Positions 1 through 8,130 of a stretch of 64,000 nt of DNA are shown piece by piece. The translations under genes were made by a program, and so were the position numbers. Position 1 is the first letter of the stretch. Each line of letters starts with the position of its first letter. The notes beneath the pieces are model-generated. The model was not told the origin of the DNA and ran no database searches. It saw only the letters and a program-made list of their open reading frames with translations. Source of the DNA: an uncultured Collinsella sp. GTDB lineage: Bacteria; Actinomycetota; Coriobacteriia; Coriobacteriales; Coriobacteriaceae. The DNA lies in assembly GCA_958405565.1 (NCBI GenBank), contig CATYEN010000007.1, positions 1,609 through 65,608 on the forward strand. Direction: 5' to 3'.

Positions 1-362
1 TCGCCCGTGCGGCCCACCTCACGCATGACGTTGGGGTCCTTAAAGTAGCGCACGACCTCGCAGATGGCGTCGGTCTCGCGAATGTTGGCCAGGAACTGGT
101 TGCCCAGGCCCTCGCCCTCGTTGGCACCCTTCACCAGACCTGCAATGTCGACGAACTCGACCGTTGCCGGCACGATGCGACCCGGGTTGACGATGTCGGC
201 GAGCTTTTGCAGGCGGCTATCGGGCACGTCGACGATACCCACGTTGGGGTCGATCGTGGCGAACGGATAGTTGGCGGCAAGGCCGGTCTTTTTGGTAAGC
301 GCGGTGAACAGCGTCGACTTGCCCACGTTGGGCAGGCCCACGATACCGATGGAAAGGGACAC
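1..362 (-). CDS. ychF: Ribosome-binding ATPase YchF, N-terminal part (gene runs off the left edge)
   Basis: Reverse translation from GTG at 362-360 gives [100 protein letters not shown]. It has the P-loop GLPNVGKST and Obg/YchF-type G motifs. AAGGAG lies 5 nt upstream. It is absent from the ORF track because it is truncated. Confidence 0.9.
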   Translation of the reverse strand, partial: MSLSIGIVGLPNVGKSTLFTALTKKTGLAANYPFATIDPNVGIVDVPDSRLQKLADIVNPGRIVPATVEFVDIAGLVKGANEGEGLGNQFLANIRETDAICEVVRYFKDPNVMREVGRTG

Positions 363-476
363 GACAGCTCCTTTTGGTACAAGCATTTCAAACTGCATAA
401 GTATAGCGCCGCCGCAGCATCCGGGCGAACCCGGACGCCACGGCGGCACGAATGAAGCAGAGATAGAGGTCGCTGA

Positions 477-1730
477 CTAGTCCGCGAGCTTCTCCACCTG
501 GTCGAGCATCTTGTCGAGCTTGGCCTTTGCCTCGGCCTTGACCTTCTCAGCTTCTTCGTGAGCCTTCGCCTTCTGGGCGGCCTTTTCCTCGGCTTCGGGA
601 TCGACGACGACCAGATTAGACGCGTCGTGCTCAACCAACTTGAGCGCATGCTCAGGGCACACCTTGACACAGGCACCGCAGCCCAAACAATACGTGGACT
701 CCAACGCAAAGCGGCCGCTTCCCACCAAATCGCAGGCGAACGTAGGACATACATTGACGCACTCGCCGCACGACGTGCACTTGTCAAAATCGCACTCCGG
801 CGTGCTCACCTGCATGTTCTGGGCAAGCTCGGGGTGGTTTTGCAGCGTCGAGAGCACCAGCTGCCGCCCGTGCGTGAGCGAACGGCGACGCTTGGTCGTC
901 GTGGTACCGCACATGGTGTTGAGCGTACGTTCGAGCTGGGTAATCTGGTGGCGGTGAGCTTTGAGCTTCTGCGTCACCGAGGCCAGTGCCGCCGTTGCCG
1001 GGTTGAGTTTGGTCACGGTAAGGCCCGTGGTGCGGGCGATCTTTTCCATGTACTCCTTGCGCTCGTACTCGCGGCGCTTATGGCACTTGAGGCTCTTGGG
1101 GTCGACCTCCAGACCCATACCCGTGCCCGCCCACTCCTCGGCGGTAGCAATGGCCTCGCCCAGGATGTCCTCGCCACCGGTGTTACGGCACTTATCGCAC
1201 ACGCCCAGCGGCAGGTACACGCTCACGTTGGGATAATCGGCCAGCACCGAGAACCAGGTCTCGGCCGTAATATCGCCCACACAGGCGACAACAACCTCGT
1301 TCTCGCGCGGCATGCGCTTAAGGGCACGCGTGCAGGTAACGTAGGCGGTCTCGTGGCTCGTAGCCGCCGAGACAATGTCGTCGTAGACGTTTTTGGGTGC
1401 AAGGCGCGGAGAGATGATCGCCTCCGTCGGGCAAGCAGCGGCACACAGGCCGCACTTACGGCAGCTGTCGAGAATCTCGATAGCATCTTCCTCGATCTCG
1501 ATGGCGTTCACCGGGCACACGTCCATGCACGCGGTACAGCCGCTCTTCTCGTTCTTGCAAGCCAGGCACGGTATGGTGTTACCGCGCGGGCGCTCCTTGT
1601 AGTCGGCAGGATTCCACTGCGGCGCCGACGGATCGAGTGCGTCGGTCACACCGCCAAGCGGGTCTTTAAAAAAATCCAAGCCCTTGCTGATCTCGATAAT
1701 GTCATCAAACAGATCGTGTTCCTGCGCCAT
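477..1730 (-). CDS. 4Fe-4S polyferredoxin-like protein with a Lys/Glu-rich C-terminal tail
   Basis: ORF 477..1880, trimmed to the ATG at 1730 (MAQEHDLF). Four Cys clusters of ferredoxin type are present: CLACKNEKSGCTACMDVCP, CRKCGLCAAACP, CTSCGECVNVCP and CLGCGACVKVCP. Confidence 0.75.
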   Translation of the reverse strand: MAQEHDLFDDIIEISKGLDFFKDPLGGVTDALDPSAPQWNPADYKERPRGNTIPCLACKNEKSGCTACMDVCPVNAIEIEEDAIEILDSCRKCGLCAAACPTEAIISPRLAPKNVYDDIVSAATSHETAYVTCTRALKRMPRENEVVVACVGDITAETWFSVLADYPNVSVYLPLGVCDKCRNTGGEDILGEAIATAEEWAGTGMGLEVDPKSLKCHKRREYERKEYMEKIARTTGLTVTKLNPATAALASVTQKLKAHRHQITQLERTLNTMCGTTTTKRRRSLTHGRQLVLSTLQNHPELAQNMQVSTPECDFDKCTSCGECVNVCPTFACDLVGSGRFALESTYCLGCGACVKVCPEHALKLVEHDASNLVVVDPEAEEKAAQKAKAHEEAEKVKAEAKAKLDKMLDQVEKLAD

Positions 1731-1881
1731 GCGCGGCCCCTCCCTGAGCAGTGCAAACAAGCAAGTGATAATGATACGCCATCGGCCCACGCCTCGGGCA
1801 AATTCCATGCGGCGCATCTTTGCGGCAAATAGCCTATGGTCTATCGCCGCCTCGATTGCACAAGGCCAATCAAGTGCCAAG

Positions 1882-2949
1882 CTATGCCTCGCGCATGAGC
1901 TGCACGAGCTTTTGTTTGGTCACCTTGGCCTGCTCGTTGGCCATATTGCGCTCGTTCTTAAAAGTTGCGTCCGCAACACTCTGCAGGTCGGCATCGGAAA
2001 TCTCGCCAAGGCCCAGCTCCTCGAGCGTCGTCGGCAGACCAACGCGTTGGCAAAACTCGAGCACCTGATCAAACTCGGGCGCACGCTCCAGGCGCAGCTG
2101 CACCACCAGGCCAAATGCCACGGCCTCGCCATGCATGGCCTTGCACTCGGGCAGAATCGTCAGACCGTTGGCGATGGCATGCGCCAACGCCAAGCCGCCG
2201 CTCTCAAAGCCGACGCCCGAGAGCAGAATATTGCACTCGATCAGGCGCTCAACCGCCGGCGATGTACGGCCCTTTTTGAGATTGCGCTTGGCAGCGACAC
2301 CGCACTCCATAAGTGTGTCATAGCAAGCACGAGCCGCAACCAGGGCCAAGTGCCCCGGCGCGCCACCGTGCTCGTTGGCGCCGTGCGCCGCGGCGCACGA
2401 ACGCGCCTCGAAGTACGTTGCCAGCGCATCGCCCATACCAGCGACCGTCATACGCAGTGGGGCCGCCGCGACCACGTTGGTATCGACCACGGCCAGGTCT
2501 GGATTCTTCTCGAGCATCAGGTAGCGGTCGAACGACCCATCCTCGTGATACAGCACCGAAATCGCGCTGCATGGACCGTCCATCGAAGCCGCCGTGGGGC
2601 ATACGCACAACGGCAACTCGGCATAAAACGCTACTGCCTTGGCGATATCGAGCATTTTGCCGCCGCCAATGCCCACCACCATGTCGCAATACTCGGCCCG
2701 GGCTTCCTTGGCCATTTCGACAACGGCATCTTCCGTACACGGACCGTCATAAATCTTAAAGAACGGCTCGCTTAGATCTTCGTCCAGAAATCCATCGACG
2801 ATCTGCCTGCACAGCCGATCCTCGGTGCCCTGGTCAAACAAGACATAGGCAGCACAGCCCAACCATGACAAATACCTGCCCTGACGCGAGAGCTCGCCCG
2901 GCCCCTGAACATACCGGCCGGGACCGCCATAAACCATGGGAAGCGCCAT
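1882..2949 (-). CDS. Glycerol dehydrogenase-like iron-containing alcohol dehydrogenase (paralog 1)
   Basis: 355-aa ORF. It carries GIGGGKMLDIAK, PTAASMDGPCS, MGDALATYFEA and GLALAHAIANGL, which I recognise as GldA-family signature blocks. Confidence 0.8.
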   Translation of the reverse strand: MALPMVYGGPGRYVQGPGELSRQGRYLSWLGCAAYVLFDQGTEDRLCRQIVDGFLDEDLSEPFFKIYDGPCTEDAVVEMAKEARAEYCDMVVGIGGGKMLDIAKAVAFYAELPLCVCPTAASMDGPCSAISVLYHEDGSFDRYLMLEKNPDLAVVDTNVVAAAPLRMTVAGMGDALATYFEARSCAAAHGANEHGGAPGHLALVAARACYDTLMECGVAAKRNLKKGRTSPAVERLIECNILLSGVGFESGGLALAHAIANGLTILPECKAMHGEAVAFGLVVQLRLERAPEFDQVLEFCQRVGLPTTLEELGLGEISDADLQSVADATFKNERNMANEQAKVTKQKLVQLMREA

Positions 2950-3062
2950 ATGAGAATCCGCCCTTCATCAAACAACGATTGGTGCAAAGCAACCTGACCC
3001 CTTTGCACCATAGCAAAAAGGGGCAAAGCCATCTTCCGGCTTTACCCCTTCCTTACCTTAGT

Positions 3063-4163
3063 TTACTCATCCATAAGGTAGTAGTGACCCAGTGCGTCGG
3101 CACCCAGAATGGCGTTTGCGACCATCTCGGGCGTCACCTCAAACGGCATGTTGCACATGGTGTCATCGGGCGCGCAAGCGGCCTCGGCAACAATCATGGC
3201 CTGCTCGCGCGTAACCTCGGCAACGCCAAGTTCCTTCATCGTGACCGGCAGGCCCAGCTCAATGCAGAAGCCCAAGACTTCCTCGAGTTTCTCAGTCGGA
3301 GCATCCTCGAGCACCAGCTGAACGATAGTGCCAAAGGCGACCTTCTCGCCGTGATACATGCCGTGGCACTCGGGCAGCATCGTCAGGCCATTGTGGATGG
3401 CATGAGCAGCAGCAAGACCCGAACTCTCAAAGCCAATGCCGGAGAGCAGCGTGTTGGCCTCGATGATATGCTCGACGGCAGGCGTGAGCGCACCCTTCTC
3501 CAGCGCGACCTTGGCCTTGACGCCATCGGCCATAAGCGTCTCGTAGCAGAGCTTGGCAAGTGCCAGACCAGCCATACCGCCCTTGCCGCCAGCGCAAGTG
3601 CCGCCGTCGGCATCGTGCGTCGCCTGGGCCTCAAAGTAGGTTGCGAGCGCATCGCCCATACCGGAAACCGTCAGGCGCACCGGGCTCGCCGCGATAACCG
3701 TCGTATCCATCAGGACAATGTTGGGGTTTGCCTTAAGGAAGAGATATTTATCGAACTGGCCGTCGTCGGTGTAGAGCACCGAAAGTGCCGAGCACGGTGC
3801 ATCGGTCGAAGCGATGGTGGGGCAAATGATAACCGGAGACTCCAGGTAATAGGCGACGGCCTTCGCGGTGTCGAGGATCTTGCCGCCACCGACGCCGACG
3901 ATGATGTCGCAACCGTTGTCGCGAGCGAGCGCAACCAGGCGATCGACCTCGCCCTTGGAGCACTCGCCGTTAAAGTCCTCAAACAGCAGCTCGGCCTTAG
4001 CCTCGGCAAAGCCGCCCTCGATCTTGGCACCGACGCGCTTCTTGCCCGAAGGCGTCACGATGACGAGGGCCTTAGCGCCGAGCGGCTCGACATAGGAGCC
4101 GAGCTTGGCGAGCTCGTCCGGACCCTGGATGTACTTGCTGGGGCTATTGAAAATTGCAGCCAT
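3063..4163 (-). CDS. gldA: Glycerol dehydrogenase
   Basis: 366-aa ORF. It carries GVGGGKILDTAKAVA, PTIASTDAPCSALSVLY, SGMGDALATYFEA and GLAAAHAIHNGLT, and is collinear with GldA as I know it. Confidence 0.85.
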   Translation of the reverse strand: MAAIFNSPSKYIQGPDELAKLGSYVEPLGAKALVIVTPSGKKRVGAKIEGGFAEAKAELLFEDFNGECSKGEVDRLVALARDNGCDIIVGVGGGKILDTAKAVAYYLESPVIICPTIASTDAPCSALSVLYTDDGQFDKYLFLKANPNIVLMDTTVIAASPVRLTVSGMGDALATYFEAQATHDADGGTCAGGKGGMAGLALAKLCYETLMADGVKAKVALEKGALTPAVEHIIEANTLLSGIGFESSGLAAAHAIHNGLTMLPECHGMYHGEKVAFGTIVQLVLEDAPTEKLEEVLGFCIELGLPVTMKELGVAEVTREQAMIVAEAACAPDDTMCNMPFEVTPEMVANAILGADALGHYYLMDE

Positions 4164-4179
4164 AACTATCCCATTCTCT

Positions 4180-4220
4180 AAAAAAGAAAGGGGCTCCGTA
4201 CGGATACGTGCGGAGCCCCT
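4180..4220 (-). terminator. Rho-independent terminator downstream of the Fe-ADH gene
   Basis: Hairpin aggggctccg...cggagcccct (4189-4220). An A-run at 4180-4186 on the plus strand gives a U-tract on the minus-strand transcript. Confidence 0.7.
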
Positions 4221-4241
4221 CGTTACGATAACAAGAGTCGA

Positions 4242-5465
4242 TTAGAAATCGATGTCGGTGTCGTAGTAGCAGGCCTTGAGGATCTTCTCGAAGTCAGCAG
4301 CCTTGGTCTCACGCGGGTTCTCGGGCGTGCAGGCGTCCTGCTCGGCGTTCGCGGCGATCTCGGGCAGCTTGGCGAGGAACTCCTCCTCGGAAACCATCTG
4401 CGGGTTCTCGGCGTCGACCTTCACGCCACCATTCGCGTAATCCTTGATGGACTGCGGAATGTTGAGCTGGTCGTTGAGGTCGCGGATCTTCTGGACGAGC
4501 GCAGCGATGAGCTCCTCGTTGGTCTCGCCGGGAAGGTGCAGGATCTCCTTGGCCACGTAAGCGTAACGCTCGGCAGCACGGGGATCCTTGGAGTTCCACT
4601 GGATGACCTTGCCCAGGTACATGGCGTTAGCGGCGCCGTGGATGATGTGGCCGTTCTCGAAGGCAGCACCGGTCTTGTGAGCCATGGAGTGAACGATGCC
4701 GAGCAGGCCCGAGGAGAAGGCGATGCCGGCGATGCACTGAGCCTCGTGCATGTGCTGACGGGCCTCATGGTCGCCAGCATAGGACTTGGGCAGCCACTCG
4801 ACGATCTCGCGGATGCCGTGCAGAGCGTTGGCGTCGGTGAACATAGAGGCGAAGGTGGAAACGTAGGCCTCCATGCAGTGGGTCAGAGCATCCATGCCGG
4901 TGTGAGCGCACAGCTTGGCGGGCATGGTGTAGGTGAGCTCGGGGTCGACGATGGCGACATCAGGGGTGATGTTGAAGTCGGCCAGCGGGTACTTGATGCC
5001 CTTGGCGTAGTCGGTAATGACGGAGAACGCGGTGACCTCGGTAGCGGTACCGGAGGTAGAGGAGATAGCGCAGAAATGAGCCTTCTGACGCAGCTCGGGG
5101 AAGCTGAACGGCTGGATGATGTTGTCGAAGGACTCCTCGGGATACTCGTAGAAGACCCACATGGCCTTAGCGGCATCGATGGGCGAGCCGCCGCCGATGG
5201 CGATAATCCAGTCGGGCTCGAACTCGCGCATGGCCTCGGCGCCCTTCATGACCGTCTCGATGGACGGGTCGGACTCGACGCCCTCGAACAGCTTGACCTC
5301 GAAACCGCCCTCTTTGAGGTCGGCCTCAACGTCCTGCAGGAACCCGCCACGGCGCATAGAGCTGCCGCCAGAAACGATGATGGCCTTCTTGCCCTTGAGG
5401 TTCTTCACCTCGTGGCGAGCGCCCTCACCAAAGTACAGATCGCGAGGATTGGTAAAACGTCCCAT
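4242..5465 (-). CDS. Iron-containing alcohol dehydrogenase (DhaT/FucO/AdhE-C-terminal type)
   Basis: ORF 4242..5516, trimmed to the ATG at 5465 (MGRFTNPRDLYFGEG), which is preceded by AGGAGG. Motifs seen: GGGSPIDAAKAMW, SGTATEVT, HTGMDALTHCMEAY and HSMAHKTGA. Confidence 0.85.
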   Translation of the reverse strand: MGRFTNPRDLYFGEGARHEVKNLKGKKAIIVSGGSSMRRGGFLQDVEADLKEGGFEVKLFEGVESDPSIETVMKGAEAMREFEPDWIIAIGGGSPIDAAKAMWVFYEYPEESFDNIIQPFSFPELRQKAHFCAISSTSGTATEVTAFSVITDYAKGIKYPLADFNITPDVAIVDPELTYTMPAKLCAHTGMDALTHCMEAYVSTFASMFTDANALHGIREIVEWLPKSYAGDHEARQHMHEAQCIAGIAFSSGLLGIVHSMAHKTGAAFENGHIIHGAANAMYLGKVIQWNSKDPRAAERYAYVAKEILHLPGETNEELIAALVQKIRDLNDQLNIPQSIKDYANGGVKVDAENPQMVSEEEFLAKLPEIAANAEQDACTPENPRETKAADFEKILKACYYDTDIDF

Positions 5466-5965
5466 ACTGTGCCTCCTAAACAAGCCCCTCTTAGACTTGC
5501 GTATATAACGGAGCACCCAATTGGCTCCGTTAGGACCGGTTTGCGCGTTGCCGGCGATGACAATGCGCGATGTCTAAACGTCTCAACGCTCAGACAAACA
5601 CTATTTTACCGTTCTGGTTGGTCAGTTATTCACCTAAAGACGCCAATGATGAAACGTTTTTTCTATCCCTGAAGACCCTTGTGCGGCATTCATACTCCCA
5701 AGCTGGGCAAACGTTTTATCAAGGTTGACTACATATCCCGGGCAGGACGGTGCCCCTCCAAAATATGCACCGTTCGCCGCCAAAAATCGACCGTTTGCGG
5801 CACCGTGATACCACTCGGTCGTCCAAGGTGCCGACATTTGTGCGACATCCGTCTTCGTGGTGCAAAGGTGCATGTCCAAGTGCGGCACCCCCGGTGTGCC
5901 ACATGCGGGTAAACTAGAACCTTATATAGAGACATTTGAACCCTAACCGCAGCAAAGGAGGCCCC

Positions 5966-7042
5966 ATGGCATTCGATCCCATTCAAGAGGATTGCCATCG
6001 CCTCGTTCTTGAGGCCTTGCGCCGCGACAATATCCCGCTCACCGACGCTGCCGCCGTAGAGCGTCTGATGGAACAATTCACCCGCAACCCCGCACCGCTC
6101 ATCGTGCACGACCGCGACCGCGCCGGGCACCTCATTGCCAAGGTGGTCGAGGCCGTCGACTACCGCATTCCCTTTATCCCTGACGATACCCAAGCAGAGC
6201 AAGAAGAGGCAGCTGCCGAGAACATGCTCCGCGAGGCAGCCGCGCTCGATCCGGCCAACTGGGACGCTCAGCGCATGCTGACCGCCCTCACCGCCAGCTC
6301 CAACGAGGAATACGTGCAGTATCTGGTGTCCAAGTGCGACGAGGTGGAGCACGACCTGGCACTCAAGATTGCCTCGGCGCAGGACCCCTACGAGCGCGAG
6401 GCCGCAGGCGACCTGACCCGCCGTCCCTACCTGCGCTGGCTTGCCGCCTTGGCATCGCGCGCGCTCATTAGCGGCCGCTACCGCATGTCGCTCGAAGCCG
6501 CAAACCGCAGCCTCGACTTTGCCCCCAACGATCCTGCCGGCGTCCGCCACACCGCAATGCTCGCCATGGCAAAGCTCGAATACCCCGCTGAGGAGCTCAA
6601 GCGCTTTCGCTCTGCCCACTCCGTCCCCTATCTCGCCAACACGCCGCTGCGCCGTCGTCCCAAGGATGCAGAACGCGACTTGGACCCGTGGACGCTCTTC
6701 GCGCTGATGAGCGCTGCCTGGCGCGAGCTGGACTACGAGGGTGCCGAACACTACCTGCGTATCCTTGCGCGCTCGTGTCCGCACGCAGCCGAGGCACTCT
6801 ACTTCCAAACCGAGTTTCCCGATGGCGTCTATGCCCGTGTCAACGTGGGTGTGGGCTCCACCGATGAGCTCGTCCTTGCCCTGTCCGAGGCGACGCCGGT
6901 GCTACAGGAGGGTCTAGGCGCGCCCGACAACGCCAGCTTTGCCGCCTGGGTCGCCACCAACGACATCGTGCGCTCCCAGATCGACGAGCGCATCCTGCGT
7001 GCAGCCGAGCAGGGGCTTCCATTTAAGGGAGGGGACCTCTAA
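5966..7042 (+). CDS. Hypothetical alpha-helical (TPR-like?) protein, paralog A
   Basis: ORF 5936..7042. The preferred start is the ATG at 5966, after AAAGGAGG. I recognised no catalytic motif. Its stop overlaps the next start (TAATG at 7040-7044). Confidence 0.6.
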   Translation: MAFDPIQEDCHRLVLEALRRDNIPLTDAAAVERLMEQFTRNPAPLIVHDRDRAGHLIAKVVEAVDYRIPFIPDDTQAEQEEAAAENMLREAAALDPANWDAQRMLTALTASSNEEYVQYLVSKCDEVEHDLALKIASAQDPYEREAAGDLTRRPYLRWLAALASRALISGRYRMSLEAANRSLDFAPNDPAGVRHTAMLAMAKLEYPAEELKRFRSAHSVPYLANTPLRRRPKDAERDLDPWTLFALMSAAWRELDYEGAEHYLRILARSCPHAAEALYFQTEFPDGVYARVNVGVGSTDELVLALSEATPVLQEGLGAPDNASFAAWVATNDIVRSQIDERILRAAEQGLPFKGGDL

Positions 7043-8085
7043 TGGATCCGAGCGTCTACATCCCCGCCTACTTGGAGCGCACCTACTTGGCATCGCACCC
7101 CGAGCTCACCGATGCAGCACGCGAGCTTGTCCATAACGACATAAGCGCAAACCCTCAAAAGTATGCGCAGACCGAGCACGCCCAGGCGCTGCTGTCCTAT
7201 GCCGGCGTTCATCGTCATTTGCTCGATGAGCTTCGCCGTATCGAGGACATGGGCAGCGACGAGGAGTTCGAGCAGACGCGCAACCGTCTGTTCGACGATA
7301 TGCGCGACGAGTTGCTCAAGATCGTCCGCGTCGATGCGTTGGCTGTAGACGCCCAGCTGCTCGCCATTATCCTGGCAGATACGCCAGTTGATGCCTGCCT
7401 GGGCGACCTGATGAAGCTCGAGGCGAGCACGGCCGACTACCTGCAACAGAGCGTGCCCGGGTTTGATATGGAGGCCCCGCACTACTGGGCCAATAATGTT
7501 TTGGCCGACGGTGTGACGGCGGCAGATCTCACCGTGAGCGAGCCGGCACTTATCGGATGGCTCCACACGCTCGAGGCCATCTCGCAGCTGTGCATGGCGA
7601 GCGCCCGCTACCGCGCTGCTGCCAACTACGCCCGCCGCGTCCTTAAGGCAGAAGGCTATCCCACCCGAGCTGCCGGCACCGTGTTGCTCGCCCTCGCTCG
7701 CTTGGAAGACCAGGACGGCTTTTTTGCCCTGGCCCACCAGCTCGAGGAGCAGATAGGGGCCGATGCCCTCGAGAACTCTCCCTGGTACCTGCTCGCCCGT
7801 ACGATTCTGCTGTTCAAAACAAACAAGATGCGCCCGGCGACACGCGCCCTGCGCGAGTTTGCCAACCGCTGCGAGGGTGGCGCGTTCTTTTTGCTGAACC
7901 CCATGTACCAGACACCGTACCTTCCCTGCCGGCCCGAGCCACACGATCCCTGGGACCTTTCGCACCAGGCAGTTTGGGAGGCCGACGGCATCATCTCGGA
8001 CACTCCCGACTTTGCTCCCTGGGCCAATGCCTGCGAAGACGTGTCGCAGCTTGCCCAGGAATTTGCGCGCCGCTACGGATTTTAG
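7042..8085 (+). CDS. Hypothetical alpha-helical protein, paralog B
   Basis: 347-aa ORF, translationally coupled to the preceding gene. It shares weak collinear blocks with paralog A, for example RWLAALASRALISGRYR versus GWLHTLEAISQLCMASARYR. Confidence 0.6.
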   Translation: MDPSVYIPAYLERTYLASHPELTDAARELVHNDISANPQKYAQTEHAQALLSYAGVHRHLLDELRRIEDMGSDEEFEQTRNRLFDDMRDELLKIVRVDALAVDAQLLAIILADTPVDACLGDLMKLEASTADYLQQSVPGFDMEAPHYWANNVLADGVTAADLTVSEPALIGWLHTLEAISQLCMASARYRAAANYARRVLKAEGYPTRAAGTVLLALARLEDQDGFFALAHQLEEQIGADALENSPWYLLARTILLFKTNKMRPATRALREFANRCEGGAFFLLNPMYQTPYLPCRPEPHDPWDLSHQAVWEADGIISDTPDFAPWANACEDVSQLAQEFARRYGF

Positions 8086-8130
8086 CGACGCGATCGCCCC
8101 GACCATGTCATTCACGTTAGGAACGACTTC

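Noticed and set aside
558-1832. 424-aa plus-strand ORF, together with similar long ORFs: 5729..6808(-), 7039..8115(-), 15237..16682(-), 16701..19295(-), 28320..31022(+), 35235..37619(-), 47713..49323(-), 52756..54390(-), 53841..55625(+ part), 58798..60732(+) and 59657..61114(-)
   Set aside because: Each lies antisense to, or out of frame with, a gene that has clear family motifs. Their translations are Arg/Ala/Gly/His-rich low-complexity strings typical of shadow ORFs in high-G+C DNA, and none has a credible RBS.
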